Below are positions 26,579 through 35,762 of a stretch of DNA of 41,294 nucleotides, one piece after another; position 1 is the first letter of the stretch; each line of letters starts with the position of its first letter. The notes beneath the pieces were generated by a model. That model searched no databases, was not told where the DNA came from, and worked only from the letters and a program-made list of their open reading frames with translations. Location: NCBI GenBank assembly GCA_963663805.2, contig CAXXMR010000033.1, positions 1 to 41,294 on the forward strand, read 5' to 3'. Origin of the DNA: Sedimentisphaerales bacterium. GTDB taxonomy: Bacteria > Planctomycetota > Phycisphaerae > Sedimentisphaerales > SM23-30. The position numbers were made by a program, and so were the translations under genes.

Positions 26579-28489
26579 ATGGCAGTTAAGGTTTCACGCA
26601 GCAAGACAATGATGCCTTGCAAATCTCTTGGTCCGGTCTCCGATCTTGAAAGACATCTGCCTCAAGATTGGTGGCGTAGTTTGTTTAACGCCGTATATCT
26701 GAAAACCGACGGCGATGTGGTGGAAAACAACGCCAACACCGCCCAGGACGTGGATATGCTGCTCAACGCCACAACTCTCGACCCCGGCAGCAGAATCCTG
26801 GATTTGTGCTGTGGTCAGGGCAGGCACTGCATGGAACTGGCCCGGCGTGGCTTCCGAAAAGTAACCGGCATAGATCGTTCCCGTTATCTGGTTCGTCTGG
26901 CCCGCAAACGTGCCGAAAAACTCAACCTCAACCTCACCTTCCGTGAAGGCGATGCCCGCAAATTCCGGATTCCTCAGAATTCATTCGATGCGGTAGCGGT
27001 ATTCGGCAATTCCTTCGGATATTTTGAACGCGAAGAGGATGACCGTGAGGTGCTGGAACGCCTGCGTTCGGTACTGAAGCCCGGCGGCTGGCTTTTTATG
27101 GACGTAACTGATGGCCAATGGATGCGTGACCATTTCTCACCACGAAGCTGGGAATGGATTGACCAAAACCATTTTGTTTGCCGCGAAAGAGCGATGGCCA
27201 AAGACGGTCGCCGGCTGGTATCCCGCGAAGTTATCACCCATGTTGAACGCGGCGTAATTGTCGACCAGTTCTACGCGGAACGACTTTACTCTGTTGAGGA
27301 GCTCAAGGAACTGCTCAGTTCTGTAGGTTTTGAGGAAATTGCCCTTGTCGATACCCCCCTGAGCCATTCCGACCGTCAGCAGGACCTGGGCATGATGGAC
27401 CATCGCATCGTGTTAATCTCCCGCGCCCCCACCCCCAAAGGCCCGGCACCTGCCGCCGGCCCTCTTTACCCCAAAGTCACGGTGCTTATGGGAGACCCGT
27501 CCCTGCCGGACATTGTCAAGCTCGAAGGGAAATTCAATTCCGAAGACCTCAACACCATCAAGCAGCTCAAAGACGCTCTCAAATCCCTGCCCGGATATAA
27601 TTTTCAGTATTGGGACAGTCACCACAAAATCATTGACCTGATTAGAAGCGACCGTCCCGATTTTGTCTTGAACCTCTGCGACGAAGGTTTCATGAACGAT
27701 GCCTTCAAAGAACTGCACGTGCCGGCCCTGCTGGAAATGTTTGATATACCTTACAGCGGCGGGTCCCCTGCCTGCCTGGCGATGTGCTACAATAAATCCT
27801 TTGTGCGTTCTGTCGCCCAAAGCCTCGAAATTCCCGTGCCGCTGGAATCATATTTCAGTGCTGACGACCAGTCGGCCACTTTGCCGGCGAATTTCCCGAT
27901 TCTCCTGAAGCCGAATTTTGGCGACAGCAGCCAGGGTATTACCAAGGATGCCGTTATTACTTCCCAGGAAGGGTTCATTAGATACCTCGAAGAATTGCGT
28001 AACAATTTTCCTCAGCGTCCTCTGCTGGTCCAGGAATTTCTTAGCGGCGCTGAATACAGCGTCAGTATCGTCGGTAATCCCGGCCGTGAAGTTACCGTTC
28101 TGCCTATTCTGGAAGTTGATTATTCCGGCCTGGAAACATCACTGCCTCAAATTCTCGGCTATGAGTCAAAATGGGACCCGCAATCACCCTACTGGAGCCA
28201 GATAAAATACAAAGAAGCCTCTCTCAGCGACGACACCCTGCGGATTATTACCGACCATTCGCTACTGTTGTTCGAGAGACTCGACTGCCGAGATTACGCC
28301 CGCATTGACTTCCGCGCTGATTCAGACGGACTTATTAAACTCCTGGAAGTCAACCCCAACCCCGGCTGGTGCTGGGACGGCAAGCTGAATTTTATGGCGG
28401 GCTTTGCCGGATTATCCTACGCCGACCTGATTCGCATGATTATTGAGGCTGCCCAGGATCGCTATAAAATCCCCAAGTTACAGCACTAA
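26579..28489 (+). CDS. Fusion of a class I SAM-dependent methyltransferase and a D-Ala-D-Ala-ligase-like ATP-grasp domain
   Basis: N-terminal half: ILDLCCGQGRH, GNSFGYF, LKPGG. C-terminal half: PDFVLNLC, LLKP..GDSSQGI, QEFLSGAEYSV, RIDFR, LEVNPNPG. Confidence 0.88.
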   Translation: MAVKVSRSKTMMPCKSLGPVSDLERHLPQDWWRSLFNAVYLKTDGDVVENNANTAQDVDMLLNATTLDPGSRILDLCCGQGRHCMELARRGFRKVTGIDRSRYLVRLARKRAEKLNLNLTFREGDARKFRIPQNSFDAVAVFGNSFGYFEREEDDREVLERLRSVLKPGGWLFMDVTDGQWMRDHFSPRSWEWIDQNHFVCRERAMAKDGRRLVSREVITHVERGVIVDQFYAERLYSVEELKELLSSVGFEEIALVDTPLSHSDRQQDLGMMDHRIVLISRAPTPKGPAPAAGPLYPKVTVLMGDPSLPDIVKLEGKFNSEDLNTIKQLKDALKSLPGYNFQYWDSHHKIIDLIRSDRPDFVLNLCDEGFMNDAFKELHVPALLEMFDIPYSGGSPACLAMCYNKSFVRSVAQSLEIPVPLESYFSADDQSATLPANFPILLKPNFGDSSQGITKDAVITSQEGFIRYLEELRNNFPQRPLLVQEFLSGAEYSVSIVGNPGREVTVLPILEVDYSGLETSLPQILGYESKWDPQSPYWSQIKYKEASLSDDTLRIITDHSLLLFERLDCRDYARIDFRADSDGLIKLLEVNPNPGWCWDGKLNFMAGFAGLSYADLIRMIIEAAQDRYKIPKLQH

Positions 28490-28514
28490 CATCGGCAGTT
28501 AATAAACCACCCCC

Positions 28515-28553
28515 AAGCCCGGCTCACCCTTAAAGTGAATCGGGCTTTTTTTT
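28515..28553 (+). terminator. Intrinsic terminator
   Basis: AAGCCCGGCTCAC-loop-GTGAATCGGGCTT stem followed by a T run. Confidence 0.8.
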
Positions 28554-28559
28554 ACAAGG

Positions 28560-28586
28560 TTGACAATCCCCAAATCGAGCTATAAT
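28560..28586 (+). promoter_or_regulatory. Putative sigma70 promoter for the AsmA-like gene
   Basis: Perfect TTGACA and TATAAT, but only a 15 nt spacer (suboptimal). Confidence 0.45.
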
Positions 28587-28646
28587 AGTGTGTTACTCTG
28601 TTAATACATTGACATTGAGACAATCAAACTATTGGGAGCAAATAAA

Positions 28647-29513
28647 ATGAAAGCTGCTAAAACCGTTAAAATCACCGCTATTATTCTCATTATCATCATT
28701 ATTGGTGCAGTTTGGGCGGTTTTAGCCCATGGAGACAAACTCATTAAAACCGCCGTTGAAAAAGGCGGTGCCTTGGCCCTTAAAGTACCTGTCAGCCTGG
28801 ATTCGGTCGAATTGTCTATCTGGGCGGGTTCTATCTCCCTGAATGGTCTGACCATCACCAATCCCCAGGGATACAGCCACGACAACCTGCTTCAGTGCCA
28901 TAAAACCTCTGTCGCCGTCGACACCGGCTCCCTGTTTTCAGACAAAATCAAGGTCAGTAATATCTACCTTGACAATATTACCGTAACCATGGAACAGAAA
29001 GGTATTAACCAAACCAACCTCCAGGAAATCCTCGCGAATATTGAAAAGGAAGATTCGGAAAAGCCTGATACTTCGACAACCGAGACAAATGATGAAAAAC
29101 CTGCCCAAGGCCTCATCATCAAGCACCTCGAAATCAGAAATACCACTGTTAAAGTCAAGCTCCTGCCCATACCCGGCAAAGTCGATACTCTTACCATAAA
29201 GCTCTCGCCAATCATCATGGACGACTTTGACCCCGATAAACCTCTGACAACCGCTGATGTCTCCCAAAGAGTCATAGTCGCTATCGCCGGCGGTATTCTG
29301 GAACAGGGCAGCGAACTGCCTGCGGCACTTATCGGAGGACTGGGCGAACAACTGGGCAATCTCGGAAACCTCTCAGGACAAATTCTAAAATCCGGTGTTG
29401 ATATTGGCAGCGGCGTTCTGAAGGAAGGCGAAAAAATCGGCAGCGAAATCGACAAAAGCCTCAAGGGGCTCGGCGGACTCATCAAACCCAAAAAGTCCGA
29501 TAAGTCTGAATAG
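28647..29513 (+). CDS. AsmA-like/DUF748-type membrane-anchored envelope protein
   Basis: N-terminal TM helix, then IKTAVEK.G..AL.VPV.L..V.LS, L.GLTITNPQGY, a beta-rich body and a Gly/Leu-rich amphipathic tail. Confidence 0.65.
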   Translation: MKAAKTVKITAIILIIIIIGAVWAVLAHGDKLIKTAVEKGGALALKVPVSLDSVELSIWAGSISLNGLTITNPQGYSHDNLLQCHKTSVAVDTGSLFSDKIKVSNIYLDNITVTMEQKGINQTNLQEILANIEKEDSEKPDTSTTETNDEKPAQGLIIKHLEIRNTTVKVKLLPIPGKVDTLTIKLSPIIMDDFDPDKPLTTADVSQRVIVAIAGGILEQGSELPAALIGGLGEQLGNLGNLSGQILKSGVDIGSGVLKEGEKIGSEIDKSLKGLGGLIKPKKSDKSE

Positions 29514-29962
29514 CCGGCATCTCGCCAGGTAAGAAGCTGGCAGGCGCGGTGTTTTTGTGTAAATAACGGTTTTGGTGGTCCAATCCCGGCGCTGGCGCTT
29601 CGGGCTTTTGTTTGGGCGCTACGCCTTTACGTACTCGGCTCTGATAAATTTTGCCGTTTTGCGTAAAAATTCATTTGTAGAGACTAAGTTAATGCATTAC
29701 CGACTGTGCATTATAACTTATTCGGACCAGGTCTACCCTCATGAATCTCCCTACCCTCCCAAGGGCTGATAAATATCAAGCGTCTGGCCCAACAGGGAAA
29801 TCATTACTAAAAATAGTACAAATTTTAATTCTACAGTGAAACAGTGGCAATTTTTCGTCGATGTAAGAGGTGAACTAAATCTGGCTGGGCTTGATTAGGC
29901 AAAAAGCCTGTCCGGCAGGAGAGATAAAAAAGAAAACTATTGCCAACAAAAAAGAACAGGAT

Positions 29963-31180
29963 ATGAATCTGGATACCTTAACAGCCCCCGAGCCCGTCAA
30001 CAGCTTAGCTGAGCAACAGAATGCGGCCATGGAAACCATCCTGGTCATTGACGACGATCCTGTACTGCTCAAGACCGTAGAGTCTATCCTCAGACGTCGC
30101 AACTATCGAGTAGTCAAGGCAGATTGTGGCACGTCCGGCCTGGAACAGGCGAGCGTCTGCAAGCCCAATCTGATCCTCCTGGACTGCATGATGCCTGATA
30201 TGCTCGGCTATGACGTATGCCGGCAACTCCGAAAAAACCGGATGTTCGACGATATTCCCATCATTTTTCTGACTGGTAAAACCACCGCTTCTGCCAAAGC
30301 CGAGGCCTTCGAAGTGGGCGGAGCAGATTATATCATCAAACCGGTCGATACAGTTGACCTGACTTCACGAATCAAGACCCACATTGAATTAGCACGCAGC
30401 AGGAGTCGCCTCAGACAACAATCATGGCAGCTTGAGCAGTTGCTTGAGTTGCAATCTCAGCGTCTGGAAGAAGTCCGCAGCGGCCAAGAACGTCTTTTGG
30501 TCGATCCCGCTTCATTTACCCAAATTAAAACCGCTGTGCGTTTCCAGCCCGCCTATGAAGCAGGCGGAGATTTTTACGATATTGTCAAGCTCGGCCCGGA
30601 ATCTTACGGCTTGATAGTAGCCGACGTAGCCGGTCACGACCTGGGCACCGCTTACCTGACCGGAGCCCTTAAAGCGTTGGTTGCCAGCTTTACCAATGAT
30701 TCGCTCACGGTACAGGAAACCATGATGATGCTCAATTCATCATTGAATAAATTTCTGGCCGAGGACCAATACGCGACTGTGTGCTATCTGAAATATAATA
30801 CATCCGATAATACGATCAATATTGTCAGTGCCGGCCATCCAGGGCCAGTCCTGCAAAAGAACAAGCAGAAACCCGAACAGGTTGTACTATGCGGTGATGT
30901 ATTAGGTATGCACGAAGTAGTCAACTGCGATTCCGTTAATCTTCAAATGGAAGAGGGAGACCGACTTTTCCTGTTCAGCGACGGCCTCATCGAGAGTTAT
31001 CCGGACCAAAACGGAATTACCGGAAATCGCACCATAGGACTCAATAATTTAATGAAACAGATTGAAAACGCCCAATCGGCAACAATTACCCACGCCGTTG
31101 ATACTCTGGTAAGAGATTTAATACAAAATTGTGAAGCTCTTATTGACGATGACATAGTACTGATGGGCATAGAATTTTAG
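29963..31180 (+). CDS. Response regulator receiver plus PP2C/SpoIIE (RsbU-like) phosphatase
   Basis: REC: ILVIDDD, LILLDCMMP, YIIKP. PP2C: GGDFYD, ADVAGH, SAGHP, FSDGLIE, DDIVL. Start chosen at ATG 29963 after AGGA. Confidence 0.92.
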   Translation: MNLDTLTAPEPVNSLAEQQNAAMETILVIDDDPVLLKTVESILRRRNYRVVKADCGTSGLEQASVCKPNLILLDCMMPDMLGYDVCRQLRKNRMFDDIPIIFLTGKTTASAKAEAFEVGGADYIIKPVDTVDLTSRIKTHIELARSRSRLRQQSWQLEQLLELQSQRLEEVRSGQERLLVDPASFTQIKTAVRFQPAYEAGGDFYDIVKLGPESYGLIVADVAGHDLGTAYLTGALKALVASFTNDSLTVQETMMMLNSSLNKFLAEDQYATVCYLKYNTSDNTINIVSAGHPGPVLQKNKQKPEQVVLCGDVLGMHEVVNCDSVNLQMEEGDRLFLFSDGLIESYPDQNGITGNRTIGLNNLMKQIENAQSATITHAVDTLVRDLIQNCEALIDDDIVLMGIEF

Positions 31181-31189
31181 GAATTTGCT

Positions 31190-31624
31190 ATGTTTGAGAT
31201 TTATCAGACTCAACATGGAATAAACATGAGAATGTCAGCTATCCTGGCGAACATCGACACTGCCGATGACGCCCTGGCTGAATATCTTGATAATCAGAGT
31301 TTGCCAATTGACATCTTTGCTACCCGGATATTACTGCGTGAAGGTCTGCTCAACGCGGTTGCTCACGGCGCGGAAGAGAACGACTCTTTGATAATACATT
31401 TCGAACTGAATTACGATCCGAAGGGCGTTACCATTTTCATATCGGACCCAGGACCGGGATTTGACTGGAAAAATCAAAAATCAGAACCTGACGATTTAGA
31501 CGAATCGGGCAGAGGTCTGGCCCTTATGAAACTTTATGCTGACAAAATGACCTATAATCAAAAAGGCAATGAGATAACCTTACGAAAGTATTTCAAAAAC
31601 AAAGTGGCCCAAACTGGGCTTTAG
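31190..31624 (+). CDS. RsbW-like anti-sigma factor Ser/Thr kinase (HATPase_c)
   Basis: REGLLNAVAHG, ISDPGPGFD, ESGRGLALM and YNQKGNEI. Confidence 0.9.
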   Translation: MFEIYQTQHGINMRMSAILANIDTADDALAEYLDNQSLPIDIFATRILLREGLLNAVAHGAEENDSLIIHFELNYDPKGVTIFISDPGPGFDWKNQKSEPDDLDESGRGLALMKLYADKMTYNQKGNEITLRKYFKNKVAQTGL

Positions 31625-31650
31625 TTCTATCGAAAACGGAGACTTTTATC

Positions 31651-31965
31651 ATGCTCACAACAGAAAAAAATGACCAGTCGGTTATCATCAAACCCCAGGG
31701 TAAAATCACCGCTGCAAATGTCGATGAATTTCGTCAGGATCTACTTGATATTGTTTCCGCCGGGGATGTCAACCTCATAATTGACCTGGCCGGTGTCGAG
31801 ATGATCGACTCCAAAGGGCTGGCAATATTTGTTGTTTGCCACAAAACGGTAAGTGAACAAGGCGGTTCACTCACGGTCGTTACCGACAATCAGGATTTAC
31901 TCGGTTTATTCCATCTGATGAGACTGGACAAACATTTTAAGGTTATCGGTTCGGACCAGGCATAG
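31651..31965 (+). CDS. RsbV-like STAS-domain anti-anti-sigma factor
   Basis: LIIDLAGVEMIDSKGL (phosphoacceptor Ser), and LF.LMRLDK.F. Confidence 0.9.
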   Translation: MLTTEKNDQSVIIKPQGKITAANVDEFRQDLLDIVSAGDVNLIIDLAGVEMIDSKGLAIFVVCHKTVSEQGGSLTVVTDNQDLLGLFHLMRLDKHFKVIGSDQA

Positions 31966-32055
31966 TCCCGGACCAATGCTTGCGTAATAATACACAGCCA
32001 TTGTCATAATATTACAATGGCCAGGAGTAATTACTAGGAATCAAGGGATAAAAAA

Positions 32056-35000
32056 ATGTCACACGAAAATGATGAACTAATAGCATCGTTCGCTGAAGAA
32101 TCAAATGAAACGCTTGCGGACCTCGAAAATGATTTTCTCATGATTGAGGAAAACGGGCCGGATGTTGATACTGAGCTGGTCAACAAGGTTTTTCGCGGCA
32201 TTCATTCCATGAAAGGTTCTGCCGGATTCCTCGGACTCACTTCCATCGGGACGCTGGCACACGAAATGGAAAATGTCCTCAATCTTATCCGCTCCAATGA
32301 ATTGATTCCAACCCCGCAAATCGTCGATGCCCTGCTCAAAGGCGGAGACCTTTTGCGTAACATGGTGGCAGACGTTCATAATTCAAATAATGTCAGTGTA
32401 GCTGCACAAATTGCCAATCTAAAAACCGCTGTTGCCGGCGGTGCCACAGAGGAACTCGAAGCAGTTCTTGACCGAGAAGTTGACATTACTCTCCCCGACG
32501 GCAGACTGGTATTCATGATGATTAACGAAGGCGACCTCGTCTTGCGTCAAAAACAGGGCGCCCACATCTACGTCGCCGAGGTTGATTTCATAACGCACGT
32601 CCATGACAAGGGACAGACCCCCATCGATTTCCTCAAAAGAGTCTATAAACACGGCGAAATCATCGACAGTTACATGAGTACCGCTGGCGTTCGCGACCTC
32701 TCCAACGAACTTCCCGACAGTCTCACTTTCATGACACTCTTATCCTCCAAATCTCCGCTCGATGAACTTGCCCGAAACCTGGAATTGCCCTCGGAATGTT
32801 TTCATTTGATTGCCACAGCCGACCAGAAGAACTGGTCTGATAAAGTGCCTCAGAATTCCGCACCGGCCAGCAGCCCAACTCCAGCCCAAAATATCGCAAC
32901 TCCCAAAACCGTAGCTCCGGCCCCTGTCCAACAACAGAGTCCAGCCCCAGCCCAAAGTAAAAAATCGGAACCAGCGGCACCTACTGCTCCTGCTTCTACG
33001 GAACAAACCTCTTTACGCGTAAACGTTAAGGTTCTCGATACGTTAATGAACCTGGCAGGCGAACTTGTACTCGGACGTAATCAGCTTCTGCAAACCCTGG
33101 TAACCAAAGACCATCGTGGACTTGATGCAGTCGCCGCCCAGGTCGATCAAATCACCAGCGAACTTCAAGAAGCTATCATGCAGACCAGAATGCAGCCCAT
33201 TGGTTCTGTATTCAGTAAATTTCCCCGTCTGATACGCGACCTCTCCGGCAAACTCAATAAACAGTGCGAACTGCTTATCGAAGGTAAAGACGTTGAAATG
33301 GACAAGACTATTATCGAGTCCATCAGCGACCCTCTAACCCATCTGGTCAGAAACTCTATCGATCACGGCATCGAAATGCCCGATGTCAGAGCTGCTGCAA
33401 AAAAAGACCCTATCGGCAGAATTTGGCTTAAAGCCTATCATCAGGCCGGCAAAGTCAATATCTCTATCCGAGACGACGGCGGCGGTATCAACATAGAAAG
33501 AATCAAGGAAAAAGCCGTCTCCAAGGGAATTCTCAGCCCCAACCAGGCAGACGAAATTTCGGACCGTGATGCTACACGACTGATTTTCCATCCCGGTTTC
33601 TCCACCGCTGAACAAGTCACCGATGTTAGCGGACGCGGTGTCGGTATGGATGTGGTAAGAACCAATATCGAAAGAATGGGCGGAACCGTAGATGTCGAAA
33701 CCGAACTGGGTAAAGGCACAACCATTTATGTTAAACTGCCCTTAACTTTGGCAATCATACCTTCACTGGTGGTTCGCTGCGGCGACAACCGCTTTGCCCT
33801 GCCCCAGGTCAATATCAGCGAATTGGTACGCATCAAGGCCTCTGATGTCGCTCAGCGTATCGAAAGGGTCAAAAATGCCGAGGTGCTGCGTCTCCGCGGC
33901 AACTTGCTGCCTCTGGTAAGACTCGCTAAAGTTTTGCATACCCAAAGCAAATATCACGACCGGCAAACCGAAGAACTAGTCGTTAATCATCGCGAGAATC
34001 TCTGTGACAGGCGAAAGAATGAAGAACTGATTATCGAGGAATCAAGAGCTGGCAGCGAACGCAGGGAAAACACCATTGCTGGTGCCTTAAATATCATTGT
34101 CGTCGAAACTGGAAATCTTCGTTACGGGCTAGTAGTGGACGAGCTTTTCGACAGCAAGGAAATCGTAGTTAAACCGCTGGGTCGCCACATGAAAGACAGC
34201 CCCTGTCTGGCTGGAGCAACGATTCTGGGTGACGGAAAAGTCGCACTCATACTCGATGTCGCCGGTATTGCTTCTCATACCCAACTCATTATCCCCGAAA
34301 GTGACAGCAACGAAAAATATTCGTCTGAAAATGCGGGTTCGGCCGAAACCCAGTCGTCACTTATTTTCAGCAATGCCCCGACCGAATACTTCGGCATCCC
34401 CACCGCGTTCATTTCACGTATCGAACGCATCAAGACCGAACAAATCGACAGCGTGGGCGGACAACACGTGCTGCAATACCGTGGCGCGTCCCTGCCTCTG
34501 CTTAAGCTCGAAGACCATATCAAAGCGCAATGTGCCCCTGAACTCAGAGCACTATACATTGTCGTATTCAAAATTTCCGGCAAAGAAGTCGGCATGATTG
34601 CTCCAAATCTGGAAGACATTACCGAAATCAGTGTTAATATCGATACCGAAACCTTCCGCGAACCAGGTATCATCGGTTCACTGATTCACAACGAAAAAAC
34701 TGTACGCCTGATTGATGTGTTCGAACTGGCTGAAACCGTCTATCCAGAATGGGCCGAAGAAAGATCAAAAGTCCATGCCCGCTCCGGAAATGGCTCAGAA
34801 ACAACAGAGGCGGCAGTCATTATGCTCGCCGAAGATTCTGCCTTCTTCCGCAATCAGGTCGCGAATTTCCTGGAGGCCGATGGATATAAAGTCGTCGCCT
34901 GCGAAGATGGTAAAATCGCCTGGGATGCCCTCCAGAATCCCGAACTTAAAATTGACCTCGTAGTTACCGACATAGAAATGCCCAATATGGACGGGCTGGA

Positions 35001-35238
35001 ACTAACAAAATACATCAAAGGAGATGTCTGCTTCGCTCATATACCCGTAATTGCCGTAACCTCACTGGCTAGTGAAGAAGACCTCCGTCGCGGCCAACAG
35101 GCGGGAGTTGATGACTATCACGTCAAGATGGACCGTGAAGAACTTCTCGCTTCTATCGCCCGGCAGCTCAAACAAAGCCGCGAAAAAGCAGGTTCTTCTA
35201 TAAACAAAGAACAATTTCAAACCGGAGGACAACGATGA
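32056..35238 (+). CDS. cheA: Hybrid chemotaxis-type histidine kinase CheA (Hpt, dimerisation, HATPase, two CheW-like domains, C-terminal REC)
   Basis: FRGIHSMKG, LRVNVKVLDTLMNLAGELV, HLVRNSIDHGIE, DDGGGI and FSTAEQVTDVSGRGVGMDVV. C-terminal REC: LAEDS...VVTDIEMP. Confidence 0.95.
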   Translation: MSHENDELIASFAEESNETLADLENDFLMIEENGPDVDTELVNKVFRGIHSMKGSAGFLGLTSIGTLAHEMENVLNLIRSNELIPTPQIVDALLKGGDLLRNMVADVHNSNNVSVAAQIANLKTAVAGGATEELEAVLDREVDITLPDGRLVFMMINEGDLVLRQKQGAHIYVAEVDFITHVHDKGQTPIDFLKRVYKHGEIIDSYMSTAGVRDLSNELPDSLTFMTLLSSKSPLDELARNLELPSECFHLIATADQKNWSDKVPQNSAPASSPTPAQNIATPKTVAPAPVQQQSPAPAQSKKSEPAAPTAPASTEQTSLRVNVKVLDTLMNLAGELVLGRNQLLQTLVTKDHRGLDAVAAQVDQITSELQEAIMQTRMQPIGSVFSKFPRLIRDLSGKLNKQCELLIEGKDVEMDKTIIESISDPLTHLVRNSIDHGIEMPDVRAAAKKDPIGRIWLKAYHQAGKVNISIRDDGGGINIERIKEKAVSKGILSPNQADEISDRDATRLIFHPGFSTAEQVTDVSGRGVGMDVVRTNIERMGGTVDVETELGKGTTIYVKLPLTLAIIPSLVVRCGDNRFALPQVNISELVRIKASDVAQRIERVKNAEVLRLRGNLLPLVRLAKVLHTQSKYHDRQTEELVVNHRENLCDRRKNEELIIEESRAGSERRENTIAGALNIIVVETGNLRYGLVVDELFDSKEIVVKPLGRHMKDSPCLAGATILGDGKVALILDVAGIASHTQLIIPESDSNEKYSSENAGSAETQSSLIFSNAPTEYFGIPTAFISRIERIKTEQIDSVGGQHVLQYRGASLPLLKLEDHIKAQCAPELRALYIVVFKISGKEVGMIAPNLEDITEISVNIDTETFREPGIIGSLIHNEKTVRLIDVFELAETVYPEWAEERSKVHARSGNGSETTEAAVIMLAEDSAFFRNQVANFLEADGYKVVACEDGKIAWDALQNPELKIDLVVTDIEMPNMDGLELTKYIKGDVCFAHIPVIAVTSLASEEDLRRGQQAGVDDYHVKMDREELLASIARQLKQSREKAGSSINKEQFQTGGQR

Positions 35239-35711
35239 ACCCTCGAAGCGAAAATCATATCAAAACGGATAGAGAACTTGAGGTCGCTACATTTTATGTA
35301 GGTGACATGCTTATGGGAATTGACATCCAGCAAGTCCAGGAAATAAACTGCCAGCATGATGTCACCGAAGTGCCTCATGCCCCGGAATACGTCAGAGGCG
35401 TACTCAATCTTCGCGGCGAAGTCGTGACCGTAGTTGATTTACGCAAGATTCTTGGACTGGACGCCTCTGATATGGGCAATGCCAATCGAAATATCATTGT
35501 CCAGTCGCAGGAAGAAAGAATTGGACTGCTCGCTGACAAAATTGCTGATGTCGTATATGCTGATGCGTCGGAACTCGAAGCCCCTCCCGCGAATATCGGC
35601 GGAATCGACGGAAAATTCTTCAAAGGTATTTACAAGCTGGAAAAAGAACTGCTGGTAATCCTTGACTGCGATGAGGTACTCGACCTGGAAACTGTTCGAG
35701 AAGGCGTGTGA
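35235..35711 (+). CDS. cheW: Chemotaxis adaptor CheW
   Basis: GIDIQQVQEI and VPHAPEYVRGVLNLRGEVVTVVDLR. ATGA overlap with cheA. Confidence 0.95.
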   Translation: MNPRSENHIKTDRELEVATFYVGDMLMGIDIQQVQEINCQHDVTEVPHAPEYVRGVLNLRGEVVTVVDLRKILGLDASDMGNANRNIIVQSQEERIGLLADKIADVVYADASELEAPPANIGGIDGKFFKGIYKLEKELLVILDCDEVLDLETVREGV

Positions 35712-35762
35712 GTTTTAGCTGTTTTTTATCACCCGGATCAATTCGTTCAAAGGAAAGACTGC

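Noticed and set aside
26579..28489. Calling the fusion a housekeeping ddl
   Set aside because: It has an extra methyltransferase domain, altered Ddl motifs and no cell-wall gene context.
29830..29870. Sigma28 or sigma54 promoter for the che operon (GTCGATGT; TGGCA)
   Set aside because: The partner boxes are missing or wrongly spaced, so it cannot be supported by eye.
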